Source of the DNA: a virus
DNA: 64,000 nucleotides
Virus record (IMG/VR): IMGVR_UViG_3300035670_000045
Coordinates: 1 to 64,000 of that record
Strand: one strand, 5' to 3'
Part shown: positions 38,090 through 47,569 of the stretch, piece by piece
Layout: each line of letters opens with the position of its first letter
How positions within the stretch are numbered: the first letter of the stretch is position 1
Notes under the pieces: generated by a model
The model's database searches: none
What the model saw: the letters and a program-made list of their open reading frames with translations, nothing else
What the model was told of the DNA's origin: nothing
Translations under genes and position numbers: made by a program

Positions 38090-38755
38090 ATGTCCCTCTC
38101 CGATCTCTTCGCTGCGTACGCCACCGAAACCCAGGACGAGGCCGCGCTCGAGAAGCAGGCCCAAGAAGAGCTCTACGTGAAGATCGCGTCGGAGTACTGC
38201 GCCGCCAACGGCGTCGACTTCGACAACCTCTCGCAGGAGCAACACAGCATGCTCTGGGACGCCATCTTCACCTCCGAGAAGTCCGCCGAGGAAGAGGAGA
38301 AGAAGGACGACGACAAGAAGGAAGAGTCGAAGTCCGAGAAGAAGGACGACGACGAGGAGAAGGCGAAGGAGGAGTTCGCCAAGGAGAAGCAGGCGGCCGA
38401 CTCGTACGCCATGTCGGAGGCCCTCGGCCGTTCGATGGCCCGCGCCTTCGACGAGGAGCTCCAGAAGATCGCTTCGGAGCGTGCGCAGGAGGAGGCCAAG
38501 AAGGAGGCCTCGGCTCGCCAGTCGACGCTTCGCCGCGTCGAGGCCCCGATCTCGGCGATCGACAAGGTCGCGGCCCAGGCGGCGGTCAAGATCGCGTACG
38601 ACCAGGGCGGGTACGACCCGGAGGACACCGAGCGTCGCCTCGTCGCGCTCCTGACCCTCGGCGCGCCGGAGACGGCGAAGCTCGCCTCGGGCACCTACGA
38701 GGAGCGCGTCCAGGCGCGCGCGCTCGAGCTCCTCGTGGCGGCCGGCTACCGCTGA
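38090..38755 (+). CDS. Scaffold/core-like acidic helical protein
   Basis: 9 K-x-A motifs in 221 aa; E/K/D tract; strongly biased codons; follows the protease. Confidence 0.65.
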   Translation: MSLSDLFAAYATETQDEAALEKQAQEELYVKIASEYCAANGVDFDNLSQEQHSMLWDAIFTSEKSAEEEEKKDDDKKEESKSEKKDDDEEKAKEEFAKEKQAADSYAMSEALGRSMARAFDEELQKIASERAQEEAKKEASARQSTLRRVEAPISAIDKVAAQAAVKIAYDQGGYDPEDTERRLVALLTLGAPETAKLASGTYEERVQARALELLVAAGYR

Positions 38756-38764
38756 CCCACCCGG

Positions 38765-38790
38765 AGGGGGCCTTCGGGCCCCCTTTCCCT
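38765..38790 (+). terminator. Hairpin AGGGGGCC-TTCG-GGCCCCCT plus pyrimidine tract
   Basis: UUCG tetraloop stem 10 nt after the stop codon. Confidence 0.65.
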
Positions 38791-38843
38791 CCCTCTCCAT
38801 CCCAGTTTCTTTCGGCGGGGTTCCGCCACCATCCTCCGAGGCC

Positions 38844-40262
38844 ATGATGAACTACCAAGCCCGCCGTTTGACCCAGGACCTCGTCGCCGCGGCCCTCGAG
38901 TCGTCCGCTCACCACGAGAAGCTCGCCGCGGAGTCCCGACGTCTGGCGGGGACCGAGAAAGTGGCGTCGGAGTCGCAGCCGATGGACGACTCGTACTCGA
39001 CCGAGCTCGTCGAAAAGCTCGCCTCCGCCGTGGAAGAGATCCTCCCCGAGGTCGAGCTCAAAGAAGCCGGAGCCCTCGAGAGCATCGGTGACACGGTGGC
39101 CCGCGGCGCGACGCGCGCGGCCGACTTCGCCTCGAAGCACAACACCGGTGCGGGCGCGGCCATCGCGCGGAACCTTCAGAAGGTGCAGGGCGTCGACAAC
39201 CGTACCCTCGGCAAAGCGGCGCTCGGCGTTGCCGGTGTCGGAGCTGCGGGCGTGGGTGCCGGTATGGCCGCCCACAAGGCGATGGGCAGCAACGAGAAGA
39301 AGGCCGCGGAAGACGACGCCAAGGTGGCTGGCCTGGCGGACAAGCTCAAGGGCGTCGCCGACAAGGTGCGTGGCGCGGCTGGCAAGGCTGGCGACAAGGC
39401 AAAAGAGGTTGCCGGCAAGGCCAAGGACAAAGCCGTGAAGGCGAAGGATACGGCGAAGGAGGTCGTGAACACCGCGTTGGATGGGCCGGATGCTAGCTGG
39501 CTCCGTCGCAAGGGTTTCCCCGCACGCGGGGATGCTTCCGCGACTGGCCATCGGCACGGCCTTGTGACTGGCCTCGGTGTTGGGTTTGGGTCCAGTGCCG
39601 CGGCTGCGAACGTCGCCAAAAAGTCCAAAAAGTCCAAGAAGGAAGCCAGCGTCGATCCCGAGAAGCTCGCTGGCGCGGTCGAGAAGATCAAGTCGGGCCT
39701 CAAGCGTGGCAAGGAGCTCCTCTCCGGATCGAAGCTCGACGCGCTGAAGGACAAGGCGTCCAAGATCCAGGACCCGGTGCGAAAGATCGAACACGAGGTG
39801 ACTCGCCTTTCGCCGGAGCACAAGAAGGTCGTCGGTGCGCGCGCGGCGGCTGGCGTCGGTGCGGCAGCCACGACGGCGGGTGCGGGGCTCGCGGCTCACA
39901 AGGCCATGAGCAACTCGAAGGAAGCGGGGCTCGCCACCTTCCTCTCCAGCAAGCGCGCGTCGCTCGTGGAGATGGCGGAGGGCAAGTCCTTCCAGCAGTC
40001 GCCTCCGAGCAGCAACCCGCAGCCCACGGTGACGGATGTCGACCAGAAGCCGACGAACGCTTCGGGCAACCACCTCCCGACCAACGAGAGTGCGGTGCAG
40101 TTCTCGAACCGCAAGACTCTTCCCGAACGACGTGCGTCGATGCGAAACTACTTCTCGCAGCCGATGAACGACCAACACGACGTCCCCGAGTTCTCGCACA
40201 AGACGGCGTCCGCGTCGGACGAGGCTCGCGCGCTTCTCAGCCAACTCGCGGAAGGTAAGTGA
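38844..40262 (+). CDS. Modular K-x-A-delimited virion polyprotein-like protein
   Basis: At least 11 K-x-A motifs; three Gly/Ala hydrophobic tracts; duplicated AG[ML]AAHKAM. Confidence 0.65.
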   Translation: MMNYQARRLTQDLVAAALESSAHHEKLAAESRRLAGTEKVASESQPMDDSYSTELVEKLASAVEEILPEVELKEAGALESIGDTVARGATRAADFASKHNTGAGAAIARNLQKVQGVDNRTLGKAALGVAGVGAAGVGAGMAAHKAMGSNEKKAAEDDAKVAGLADKLKGVADKVRGAAGKAGDKAKEVAGKAKDKAVKAKDTAKEVVNTALDGPDASWLRRKGFPARGDASATGHRHGLVTGLGVGFGSSAAAANVAKKSKKSKKEASVDPEKLAGAVEKIKSGLKRGKELLSGSKLDALKDKASKIQDPVRKIEHEVTRLSPEHKKVVGARAAAGVGAAATTAGAGLAAHKAMSNSKEAGLATFLSSKRASLVEMAEGKSFQQSPPSSNPQPTVTDVDQKPTNASGNHLPTNESAVQFSNRKTLPERRASMRNYFSQPMNDQHDVPEFSHKTASASDEARALLSQLAEGK

Positions 40263-40624
40263 TCATGCCCACGAAAATCAGCCAGGCTGCCGTCCAGGCC
40301 ACGCTGCGGGAAGTCCCCGTGGCCCTTCGCAAGGTCGCGTCCGAACGCGACTTCTGGAAGGAGAAGGCGCTGGCCATGATGGCGGAAGACGAGGTCCAGA
40401 AGGTGGCCTCGGAGATCCGTGACCGCGGGCTCGACAGCGGGCGTGACCCGGACGAGCTCTTGGAGGACCTCCGCAAGGCGGCCTCCCAGAACAAGCTCGC
40501 GACGATCCGAGAGGGTCTGTCGTGGGTGGGCCCGAACATGGGCGAGAAGATCGCGTCCCTGGGTGACCGCCCCGGGAAGGGAACGACCACGATGGAGCGA
40601 CTCGAAGCGGCCATCTTGGAGTGA
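40259..40624 (+). CDS. Small scaffold-like protein
   Basis: 5 K-x-A motifs in 121 aa; upstream of the decoration and capsid genes. Confidence 0.65.
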   Translation: MIMPTKISQAAVQATLREVPVALRKVASERDFWKEKALAMMAEDEVQKVASEIRDRGLDSGRDPDELLEDLRKAASQNKLATIREGLSWVGPNMGEKIASLGDRPGKGTTTMERLEAAILE

Positions 40625-40683
40625 TGCAGCACCTGTAGGCGTAGCGTCGCTCCGCCGATTCAAAATCTCGAAGGAGTTTCTCA

Positions 40684-41193
40684 ATGTCCACCACCGCTCA
40701 GCGCCCGAACTTCGACATCAAGTCGGACCTCTTCATGGTTCAGACCCGCGACTACCCCCTCGCGGACACCACCCTTCTCGACCCGCGCCTTTCGACGTGC
40801 CTCGTCGACGGGGAGTGGGTGCGGCTCACCGACGCGCGACTTCTCGTCCGCGCCACCAACGTCGCGTCGGCGGGTGACCCGGCGACGGTGAAGTCGTTCC
40901 CGCTCTGGAACGAGCCCGGGCGTTCGGACACGCAGGCGATTCGCAAGATGACGGGCATCCGCTTCGGCTCGTGGGAGGCGGACACCCGCATCTTCGACGC
41001 GGCGGCGGTCGTCGGTGGTGGTGCGGCCATCACGGAGATGGACCAGCCCCTCAAGGTCGCGACCATCACCCTCGGTGGACGCAACTACTCGGGTCTCGTC
41101 GGCGCTGGCGCGTCGGACATCATCGTCGCCCGCGTCAGCAAGCTCCCGGCGAACAACGGGGGCCGTCTCGGAATCGTGGCCGTCGCACCCTGA
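40684..41193 (+). CDS. Putative capsid decoration/cement protein
   Basis: AAGGAG RBS; beta-rich 169 aa directly before the MCP; biased codons. Confidence 0.55.
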   Translation: MSTTAQRPNFDIKSDLFMVQTRDYPLADTTLLDPRLSTCLVDGEWVRLTDARLLVRATNVASAGDPATVKSFPLWNEPGRSDTQAIRKMTGIRFGSWEADTRIFDAAAVVGGGAAITEMDQPLKVATITLGGRNYSGLVGAGASDIIVARVSKLPANNGGRLGIVAVAP

Positions 41194-41240
41194 TCGGTTC
41201 GCGGCGTCGTAGCAAATCGATCAGCAAGGAGAATCCAATC

Positions 41241-42371
41241 ATGACTGCCATCCCCGTCACTTCCCTCAACCAGGCCTTCATCCAGAAGGTCGCGACCCAA
41301 GAGGGACGCGAGAAGATCGCCGCCACGACGGACGACTTCATCCGCGACCGTCTCCGCGAAAGCGCGTTCGTCCGCCAGATCCTCGACGTCGAGGACGTCA
41401 AGCCGGGCGATCCCGGGGTGCAGGTCAGCCTCACCCAGGACACGATCTACAAGGTCGTGGAGGTCGAGCCCCGGACCCGCGCGCTCGCGATGAGCTTCCG
41501 CGGTCAGCCGGAGATCAACTACATCTCGGCGCCCCGTCTCGCCGTCGGCTTCTTCAAGATCTCTTCGGAGAACATCCAGAAGAGCGAGGAGGAGCTCATG
41601 GCCTACCGGTACCCGATCACCAAGATCTTCGAGGACCAGAGCCTCAAGGATCTCCAGGACATCGAGGACCGTGAGTTCTGCATCCACCAGGAAGCGGCCG
41701 TCCAGGCCTACCAGGCGGAAGCGAACGGCGGGTCGGTCGTCGCGCTCACCTCCACGGCGGTCCGCGCGAACTCGGTGGTCCAGTACTCCGTCTTCAAGTC
41801 GGACATGGCCCTCGCCCAGACGGTCGACAACGCGGTCGCGATGCCCATCCAGCGCCAGGACATCCCGAAGCTGAAGCGCGCGATCCTCAGCCGCCGCCTC
41901 TCGTACGAGTGCATGCTCATCACGGAGTCGGACCTCACGTCGACCGACACCTGGACCATCCAGGACCTCGGCCTCCAGCTCACCTCGGACACCGCGATCG
42001 AGGGCTGGAAGCAGAACAAGCTCCTCGGCGTCCGCCTCGTCCGCACCATCAAGACGGACATCCTGCGCAACGGCAACGTGTACCTGTACACGGCGCCGAA
42101 GTTCTTCGGGAAGATGTTCATCCTGAACCAGCCCAAGTTCTGGATCGACAAGAAGTACAACATCATCTCGTTCCAGGTCTGGGAGAACATCGGCATGGTG
42201 CTCGCGAACATCGCCAGCATCGTGAAGCTCGAGACGTACTCGGGCGACGCCACGACGGTGAACACCAACGGCATCCTCGCCAGCGTCACGCCGGTGCCCG
42301 AGGCGTCCATCGGCGCGCTCAACAACCGGGTCGCGCAGGGGCTCAACTTCCCCTCGATCCAGCTGTACTGA
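41241..42371 (+). CDS. Major capsid protein (HK97 fold, putative)
   Basis: Start ATG 41241 (AAGGAG); 376 aa; strong C/G third-position bias; FIRDRLRESAFVRQIL and LQDIEDREF helix; followed by a strong terminator. Confidence 0.8.
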   Translation: MTAIPVTSLNQAFIQKVATQEGREKIAATTDDFIRDRLRESAFVRQILDVEDVKPGDPGVQVSLTQDTIYKVVEVEPRTRALAMSFRGQPEINYISAPRLAVGFFKISSENIQKSEEELMAYRYPITKIFEDQSLKDLQDIEDREFCIHQEAAVQAYQAEANGGSVVALTSTAVRANSVVQYSVFKSDMALAQTVDNAVAMPIQRQDIPKLKRAILSRRLSYECMLITESDLTSTDTWTIQDLGLQLTSDTAIEGWKQNKLLGVRLVRTIKTDILRNGNVYLYTAPKFFGKMFILNQPKFWIDKKYNIISFQVWENIGMVLANIASIVKLETYSGDATTVNTNGILASVTPVPEASIGALNNRVAQGLNFPSIQLY

Positions 42372-42392
42372 CCCGCCCTTCGGGTCCAACGC

Positions 42393-42434
42393 ACGGCGGG
42401 CGAGCTACTTCGGTAGTTCGCCCGTTCGTTTTCT
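42393..42434 (+). terminator. Rho-independent terminator after the MCP gene
   Basis: CGGGCGAGCTAC-TTCG-GTAGTTCGCCCG followed by TTCGTTTTCT. Confidence 0.85.
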
Positions 42435-42462
42435 CCCACCCATTTCCTGGTAGAGTACCCAC

Positions 42463-43110
42463 ATGACCGACGAGCTCACGACCCAAGAGTCCCCCGCAGT
42501 TCAACCCGACCCGCTCGACCAAGCGACGGTGACCGTCGAGAACGTGTCCCACCTCCCCTACGGAGGCCGCACGCGGGAGACCAACTTCCACTTCCCGCCG
42601 ACGCAGGTGCGCTGCGTCCCTGGGCGATCGGTCGCCGTCCCGTTCTCGGCGTTCCGCACCCATCATGCCCTCTTCGCCAACTTGGTGCGGGAGGGCTACG
42701 TGCGCCTCTCGGGGAGCTCGGACGTCCTGACCGCGGTCCAAGGGCTGCTCGCGCAGGACAACGCCGAGGCGGCGGTTCCCGTGGTGGTGGACCCGCCCGA
42801 GCCCAACTTCCCGATGGATTCCGCTGCACGGGACATGACCCCCACCTGGGACAAGGCGACGCTGCAGGACCCCGCGCAGCCCGAGCCTCCTGCGGACTTC
42901 ACCATGCCCGTGGCGCCGCCCCCGGCTTCGCATGACGCGGAAGACACCGCGGCGGAGGACACTGCGCCCGAGACGCCTCCTGCGCCTCCGGCAACGGAAG
43001 GTGACGACGAGTCGTTGGTCGGGATGTTCCCGGACAAGGGCGTGGACGCCGCCCCGGCGGAGGACACTGCGCCCGAGACGCCCCTGGCGAAGAAGAAGGG
43101 CAAGAAATGA
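42463..43110 (+). CDS. Hypothetical protein with an acidic Pro-rich tail, probably leaderless
   Basis: TGG-TAGAGT-N6-ATG upstream; ends KKKGKK. Confidence 0.7.
   Translation: MTDELTTQESPAVQPDPLDQATVTVENVSHLPYGGRTRETNFHFPPTQVRCVPGRSVAVPFSAFRTHHALFANLVREGYVRLSGSSDVLTAVQGLLAQDNAEAAVPVVVDPPEPNFPMDSAARDMTPTWDKATLQDPAQPEPPADFTMPVAPPPASHDAEDTAAEDTAPETPPAPPATEGDDESLVGMFPDKGVDAAPAEDTAPETPLAKKKGKK
42950..43082 (+). repeat. 28-bp direct repeat, 2 copies (42950-42977 and 43055-43082)
   Basis: CGGCGGAGGACACTGCGCCCGAGACGCC, encoding AEDTAPETP. Confidence 0.85.
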
Positions 43111-43355
43111 GCAAGCAGATCCGACTTTTCTGCCTCACGGACGTGGCAAGCCCCACGTCGACGGAGCGCGGGTTTGTCGGGATTCCCGTGACGGTCGGGC
43201 GCTACATCCTGGCGCCCGGCCAAGAGCTGGTGGTCCCGGACGACGAGCTCCTTCAGCGGCAACTACCTGACCTCGTGGCGGCGGATGCCGTGGCGGTCGG
43301 GAGCCAGCCGGCCTGGTATCGTGTGGCGAAGGAACGCAAGAAGGCGAAGGGCTGA
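43107..43355 (+). CDS. Hypothetical protein
   Basis: ATGA-coupled 82-aa ORF. Confidence 0.7.
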   Translation: MSKQIRLFCLTDVASPTSTERGFVGIPVTVGRYILAPGQELVVPDDELLQRQLPDLVAADAVAVGSQPAWYRVAKERKKAKG

Positions 43356-43357
43356 CC

Positions 43358-43867
43358 ATGGCGGACGGGCTCGAGGGTATTCCCGGCATCACCCCCACCA
43401 CACGGGCGTTCGTTGCATTGGTACGGGAGTTCACTCGGGACTACCCCGAGCTCAACCGCCTGGTCGCCGGCACGGAGTCCAGCAACCGACAGATTCTGTG
43501 GGCGATCTTGGACGCCCTGTCCGACTTCAACGGAACCCCTCCCCTCATCCGGAAGGTGTCCCTCGAGGACCTGCTGGCACAGGGGCACCAGTACCTTCTG
43601 CTGCGAATGGTCACGTGCTCGCTGATCGAAAGTGTCGGGCTACTCCAGACCCGAAACCACATCGACTACAGCAACGGCGGATTCTCCGTGGGGGTCAACA
43701 ACAAGACGCCCATGCTCCAGAGCTGGCTGCAGCTCTTTCGTCAGATCACCGAGCAGCGAAAGGTCGCTGTGAAAGTGTCCATGAACATCAGCCAGCTTCT
43801 CGACGCCTCTCACGCGGGCGTGTACACCGAGCTCTGGGCTGTGAACCAAAGCTACTTCCTCTTCTGA
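43358..43867 (+). CDS. Putative head-tail adaptor/neck protein
   Basis: VREFTRDYPELNRL...LSDFN..PP...DYSNGGFSV helical pattern; located after the MCP. Confidence 0.55.
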   Translation: MADGLEGIPGITPTTRAFVALVREFTRDYPELNRLVAGTESSNRQILWAILDALSDFNGTPPLIRKVSLEDLLAQGHQYLLLRMVTCSLIESVGLLQTRNHIDYSNGGFSVGVNNKTPMLQSWLQLFRQITEQRKVAVKVSMNISQLLDASHAGVYTELWAVNQSYFLF

Positions 43868-43877
43868 GGGCCACACC

Positions 43878-44348
43878 ATGCCGAAGATCTCCATCAAGAA
43901 GTTTGCCGCCCAAGAGGACGCCGAGACGTTCCTGAACGGCGGCGTGGTCATCGCGTGCCCCTCGTTGGGCGCGCTCGTGTACGGGCTCGTCGGGAAGACG
44001 CTCATCTTCACCCAACCCTCGAGTGTGACCGTGACCTTCACCAGCTCCGAGCCCAACGGCGCGATGACCATGAAGCAGATCTTGGAGCAGATCGCGGCAG
44101 CCATCCCGGCACTGGCGCTGTCCATGCGGGGGGCCAATATCCACCTCGTCGAGAAGAACCCGACCAACGGGGTCACCGTGTCCCACACGTCGACCGCTGC
44201 GGCGTTCTTCGGGCTCAGCACCGCTACGGCTGCGGACGGTACGATCTTTCCGCCGGCGACTGCCACCCCCTCCGCCCCGTGCCTGCTCCAAATCCTGGGC
44301 GACGGTAGCGGTGCGGTTCAATGCGTGATCTACGAGGTGACCCCGTGA
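43878..44348 (+). CDS. Hypothetical virion protein
   Basis: GAGG RBS; resembles one sheath-insertion-type repeat. Confidence 0.65.
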   Translation: MPKISIKKFAAQEDAETFLNGGVVIACPSLGALVYGLVGKTLIFTQPSSVTVTFTSSEPNGAMTMKQILEQIAAAIPALALSMRGANIHLVEKNPTNGVTVSHTSTAAAFFGLSTATAADGTIFPPATATPSAPCLLQILGDGSGAVQCVIYEVTP

Positions 44349-47300
44349 GCTCGAACATCCCTTTCATCGACATGGCCGAGTACTTCCGTGGGCTCAAGAC
44401 GGCGGAGGACGCGAAAGCACCTGCGCCCGCTGCAGCTCCGCCTCCCGAGCAGGTCCTGCCGATGTACGCCCAGCTCGCGAACCTCAAGACCTCGCTGGCG
44501 ATGGCCTACCGCGTCTACTCCGAGTCGCTCCGCGGGGAAGCCAACACGGCTCTCGGCGAGCACTTCAAAGAGCACTCCGAGCACCACCTCGAGGACGCCG
44601 ACTGGTTCATTCGCCGGTGCTCGGTCCTCGGAGGCCCGACCGACTTCGGCGAGATCCAGCTCCCGCCGCCCGCCACGGACACCCAAACCATCGTGCGAAC
44701 GCTGGCCTCGTTGGAGGAGCAGAGCATCGCTGCGCTCAACGAGCTCCGCCCGCTGGTGGAGGGCAGCCCCTCGCAGTACGAGCTCGAGGGCATGCTGTCG
44801 CGGGACCAGCACCACCTCGACGACATGTGGCAGCACATCCCGGACACCCCGGCGACGAGCGCGGTGCAACCCGCTGGCCCCCCTCCGCCCCCCGCCCCCG
44901 CGGAGTCCGTCCCGAAGCAAGCAGGACTCGATAGCCCGATGGGCATCGACAAGATCGACCCTACACTCGCAAAGACCCTACACGCCCTACTGAACCCGCT
45001 TCCAGGCTCCACCGCTGGCGCATTTTTCCATGGGGACACCCGAAAGTCCAACATGCGGGATGCGACGATCCAGGGCGCTGCACGCGGCGCGATGGCGGGT
45101 GCGGCCTATGGCGTACTCACCTCCATGTTCAAGCCCAATGAGGTTGCGGCTCGGGCGGCTAACGCTGCGGTGGGTGGCGCCATCAGTGGTGCGATGGTCG
45201 GACGCACCGAAGCTTACGACCACAAGCAGCGGGCAAAGTTGAAGAAGCAGGCCAATACCGTGGGTGCAGTTGCTGCCACCGGGAAGCACGCCCCCGTGCA
45301 GGCCCCTCCGGCGCTGCAGGGTGCGGCTGCGGGTCAGCATCCGGTGAAGATGGCGTGGACCAAGACCGCTGCGCGTACGTACGACCTCGGGGAAGGCACC
45401 GCGCGCGACGGTAACGCCTTCGCTGTGAAGTCGGAGCCGTCCCAGCTCGAGCTCGCCATGGCTCTCCAGGGCAAGATGGATGGGGACTTCCACGCGGCCA
45501 AAGGCCACGGCAAGCACCTCACGATGTTCTCCCCCGCTGCGCTCGGCGGAGGTGGGGCGATCGAGCTCGGTGCGCACAACCACGGCACGCTCATCCCCGC
45601 GGGGGGCGCCACTCGGGGGCACCTCCTCAAGCAGTATGGGAAGGGCCCAAGCATCTCCCCCGCGATGATGGACAGCATCGAGCGGAACGACGGGGATGTG
45701 CGGGAGCAGCTCGCCATGAACGGCGTGAAGGTCGGTCGGAACCTCCGACTCGAAGCCGCTTTGGGGCACATCAAGAAGGCTGCGTTCCGCACCGACGAAG
45801 AGAACGTCGAGACGGGGCGTCAGCGCGCCATCGCGAACCTCTCCTCGGGGTTCACCTCCGACAGGTACACCTCCGGTGAACGCCACGGTCAACTCCTCGG
45901 CAAGCTCACCGGTGCGGGTGCGGGCGCACTGGCGGGAGCCATGGCCGCGCGCAAGGAGTCGATCCCCGTCCGCCTGGCCGCGGGTCTCGGGGCAGGGGCG
46001 CTCGGTGGGTCGCTCGGCGGAGCTCTCGGGAAGGTCGTGGGGCAGGACCGTGACGCCACGAACTTCTACCGGGAGCACTCGAAAGAGGCGGCATGCCTCG
46101 GTGACGTGGCGGAAGAGATGCGCCCGGCGGGCCGCACCCTGGCCGACGCACAGAAGCTCACCCAGGGTCTGGGGGAGTCGTTCGAGCTCGGTGGTCGAAA
46201 CCCCAAGGATGCCAAGAGCTCTTGGAATCACCCGAAGCGACACCCCAGCGTGAAGGAGGCATCGCTCAAGGAGAAGGCAGTCGAATTCGGGAAGAAAGTG
46301 ATCGGCGGAAAGAGTCGGGAAGCGCTACTCGAAGCTTCGGGCCGAGCTGCTGCCAAATCGGATAGGCATTTCGACAAGGCTGGGCTCCTGAGGCGTGGAA
46401 TGGCCCGGTCCAACGACACCTCCAGCAAACGATACGTGATTGCCCGGGAAGGGCACGCGGGCCACTTTCAGAAAGGCAGAATCGAAGGTCTGGAGGCCAG
46501 GGCACTAAAGGGGGACGCGGACCGCCTGGTCGGCGACAGAATTGAAGGGGGTGCAAAGGTGCTCGGTGTCCTTGGCTCCACGGCTGGTGCTGCAGGCCTA
46601 CTAGTGCACCAGACAAAAAATGGGGGCCAAGGGGGGGCCAAGGAAGCCTCCGACCCGTTCACCCGGATGATGCAGGGGTGGGCCAAGACGGCGAACGCCC
46701 TCGTGCACGAGCCTGACCCTGCCGTCGCGGAGTACATCGCCCGTGAAGAGCAGGCGCGGATGCAGCAAGAGGCCCAGGAGTCCGAGTACCTTCGGAGCCA
46801 GCTGCAGGCGGCGCACGCGGAGCTCGAGTCGAAGGACCAGGAAGTCCAGCAGCTGCAGCAGAGCGTGGGCCAGCTCCAGGAGCAGACCCAGATGCAGCAG
46901 GACACGATCGCCACCGCCCAAGCCACCACGGAGGGGGCGATGGGGTCGGTCGTACAGAAGTCAAACGAGCTCATGAAGCAGATGCAGCTCACTTCGAACC
47001 TGTCCCAGGCGCACCAGATGATGAAGGAGCAGCTGCAGTCCCTGGCCCAGATGCCGTCGCCCCCGCTGACGGGGGGAGAGTCCGCCGCGACCGACCAGGC
47101 CGCGTCGGACGAGCTCGCCATGCAAGACCAGGCCGCGGCCGAGCAGGAAGCCGCGGCGGCGGGTCAACAGCCCGGCGTCCCGGCAGAAGGCGGCTCACCC
47201 CCACCGGGCGGGCAGGGCGAGGCGGGTCCCCCGAAGGTGGCCGGTCTGCCCCACGGCCTCCTGGGCGGTGGCCTTGGCGCCCTGGCCGGGGCGGGGTCGG

Positions 47301-47569
47301 TGTTGTTGGCCAGCAAGGAGCGGGCGAAGATCGACGAGCTCATCGGCAAGATGGAGCAGTCGGACAGCAAGGGCTTCTCCCACGCCATGGCCCTGGCCCA
47401 CCTCAAGCATCAGTCGAACCTCGCCCAAATCGCCGCAGACCACCCGGGCAGGTCGGCGCTGGTGGCTGGTGTTCTCGGCGGACAAGCCGGCATGGGCGTC
47501 GAGTCCAACATCCGGCACCTGCTGAAGGGCGAACCCTACCATCCGCTGCACAACGCGGAGCTCAAGTGA
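44345..47569 (+). CDS. Large modular protein: ferritin-like domain, glycine-zipper modules and coiled coil, delimited by K-x-A
   Basis: GTG 44345 overlaps the upstream TGA; four-helix ferritin pattern at about 44462-44836; about 11 K-x-A sites; Gln-rich coiled coil at about 46730-47050. Confidence 0.7.
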   Translation: MSSNIPFIDMAEYFRGLKTAEDAKAPAPAAAPPPEQVLPMYAQLANLKTSLAMAYRVYSESLRGEANTALGEHFKEHSEHHLEDADWFIRRCSVLGGPTDFGEIQLPPPATDTQTIVRTLASLEEQSIAALNELRPLVEGSPSQYELEGMLSRDQHHLDDMWQHIPDTPATSAVQPAGPPPPPAPAESVPKQAGLDSPMGIDKIDPTLAKTLHALLNPLPGSTAGAFFHGDTRKSNMRDATIQGAARGAMAGAAYGVLTSMFKPNEVAARAANAAVGGAISGAMVGRTEAYDHKQRAKLKKQANTVGAVAATGKHAPVQAPPALQGAAAGQHPVKMAWTKTAARTYDLGEGTARDGNAFAVKSEPSQLELAMALQGKMDGDFHAAKGHGKHLTMFSPAALGGGGAIELGAHNHGTLIPAGGATRGHLLKQYGKGPSISPAMMDSIERNDGDVREQLAMNGVKVGRNLRLEAALGHIKKAAFRTDEENVETGRQRAIANLSSGFTSDRYTSGERHGQLLGKLTGAGAGALAGAMAARKESIPVRLAAGLGAGALGGSLGGALGKVVGQDRDATNFYREHSKEAACLGDVAEEMRPAGRTLADAQKLTQGLGESFELGGRNPKDAKSSWNHPKRHPSVKEASLKEKAVEFGKKVIGGKSREALLEASGRAAAKSDRHFDKAGLLRRGMARSNDTSSKRYVIAREGHAGHFQKGRIEGLEARALKGDADRLVGDRIEGGAKVLGVLGSTAGAAGLLVHQTKNGGQGGAKEASDPFTRMMQGWAKTANALVHEPDPAVAEYIAREEQARMQQEAQESEYLRSQLQAAHAELESKDQEVQQLQQSVGQLQEQTQMQQDTIATAQATTEGAMGSVVQKSNELMKQMQLTSNLSQAHQMMKEQLQSLAQMPSPPLTGGESAATDQAASDELAMQDQAAAEQEAAAAGQQPGVPAEGGSPPPGGQGEAGPPKVAGLPHGLLGGGLGALAGAGSVLLASKERAKIDELIGKMEQSDSKGFSHAMALAHLKHQSNLAQIAADHPGRSALVAGVLGGQAGMGVESNIRHLLKGEPYHPLHNAELK

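Noticed and set aside
38806-38832. GGTTCCGCCACCA resembling a tRNA 3' end
   Set aside because: No cloverleaf, D-arm or proper T-loop; only a small GGCGG/CCGCC hairpin.
42950-43082. 28-bp direct repeat as a CRISPR repeat or att site
   Set aside because: Only two copies, in frame within a low-complexity coding tail; no cas or integrase gene in the window.
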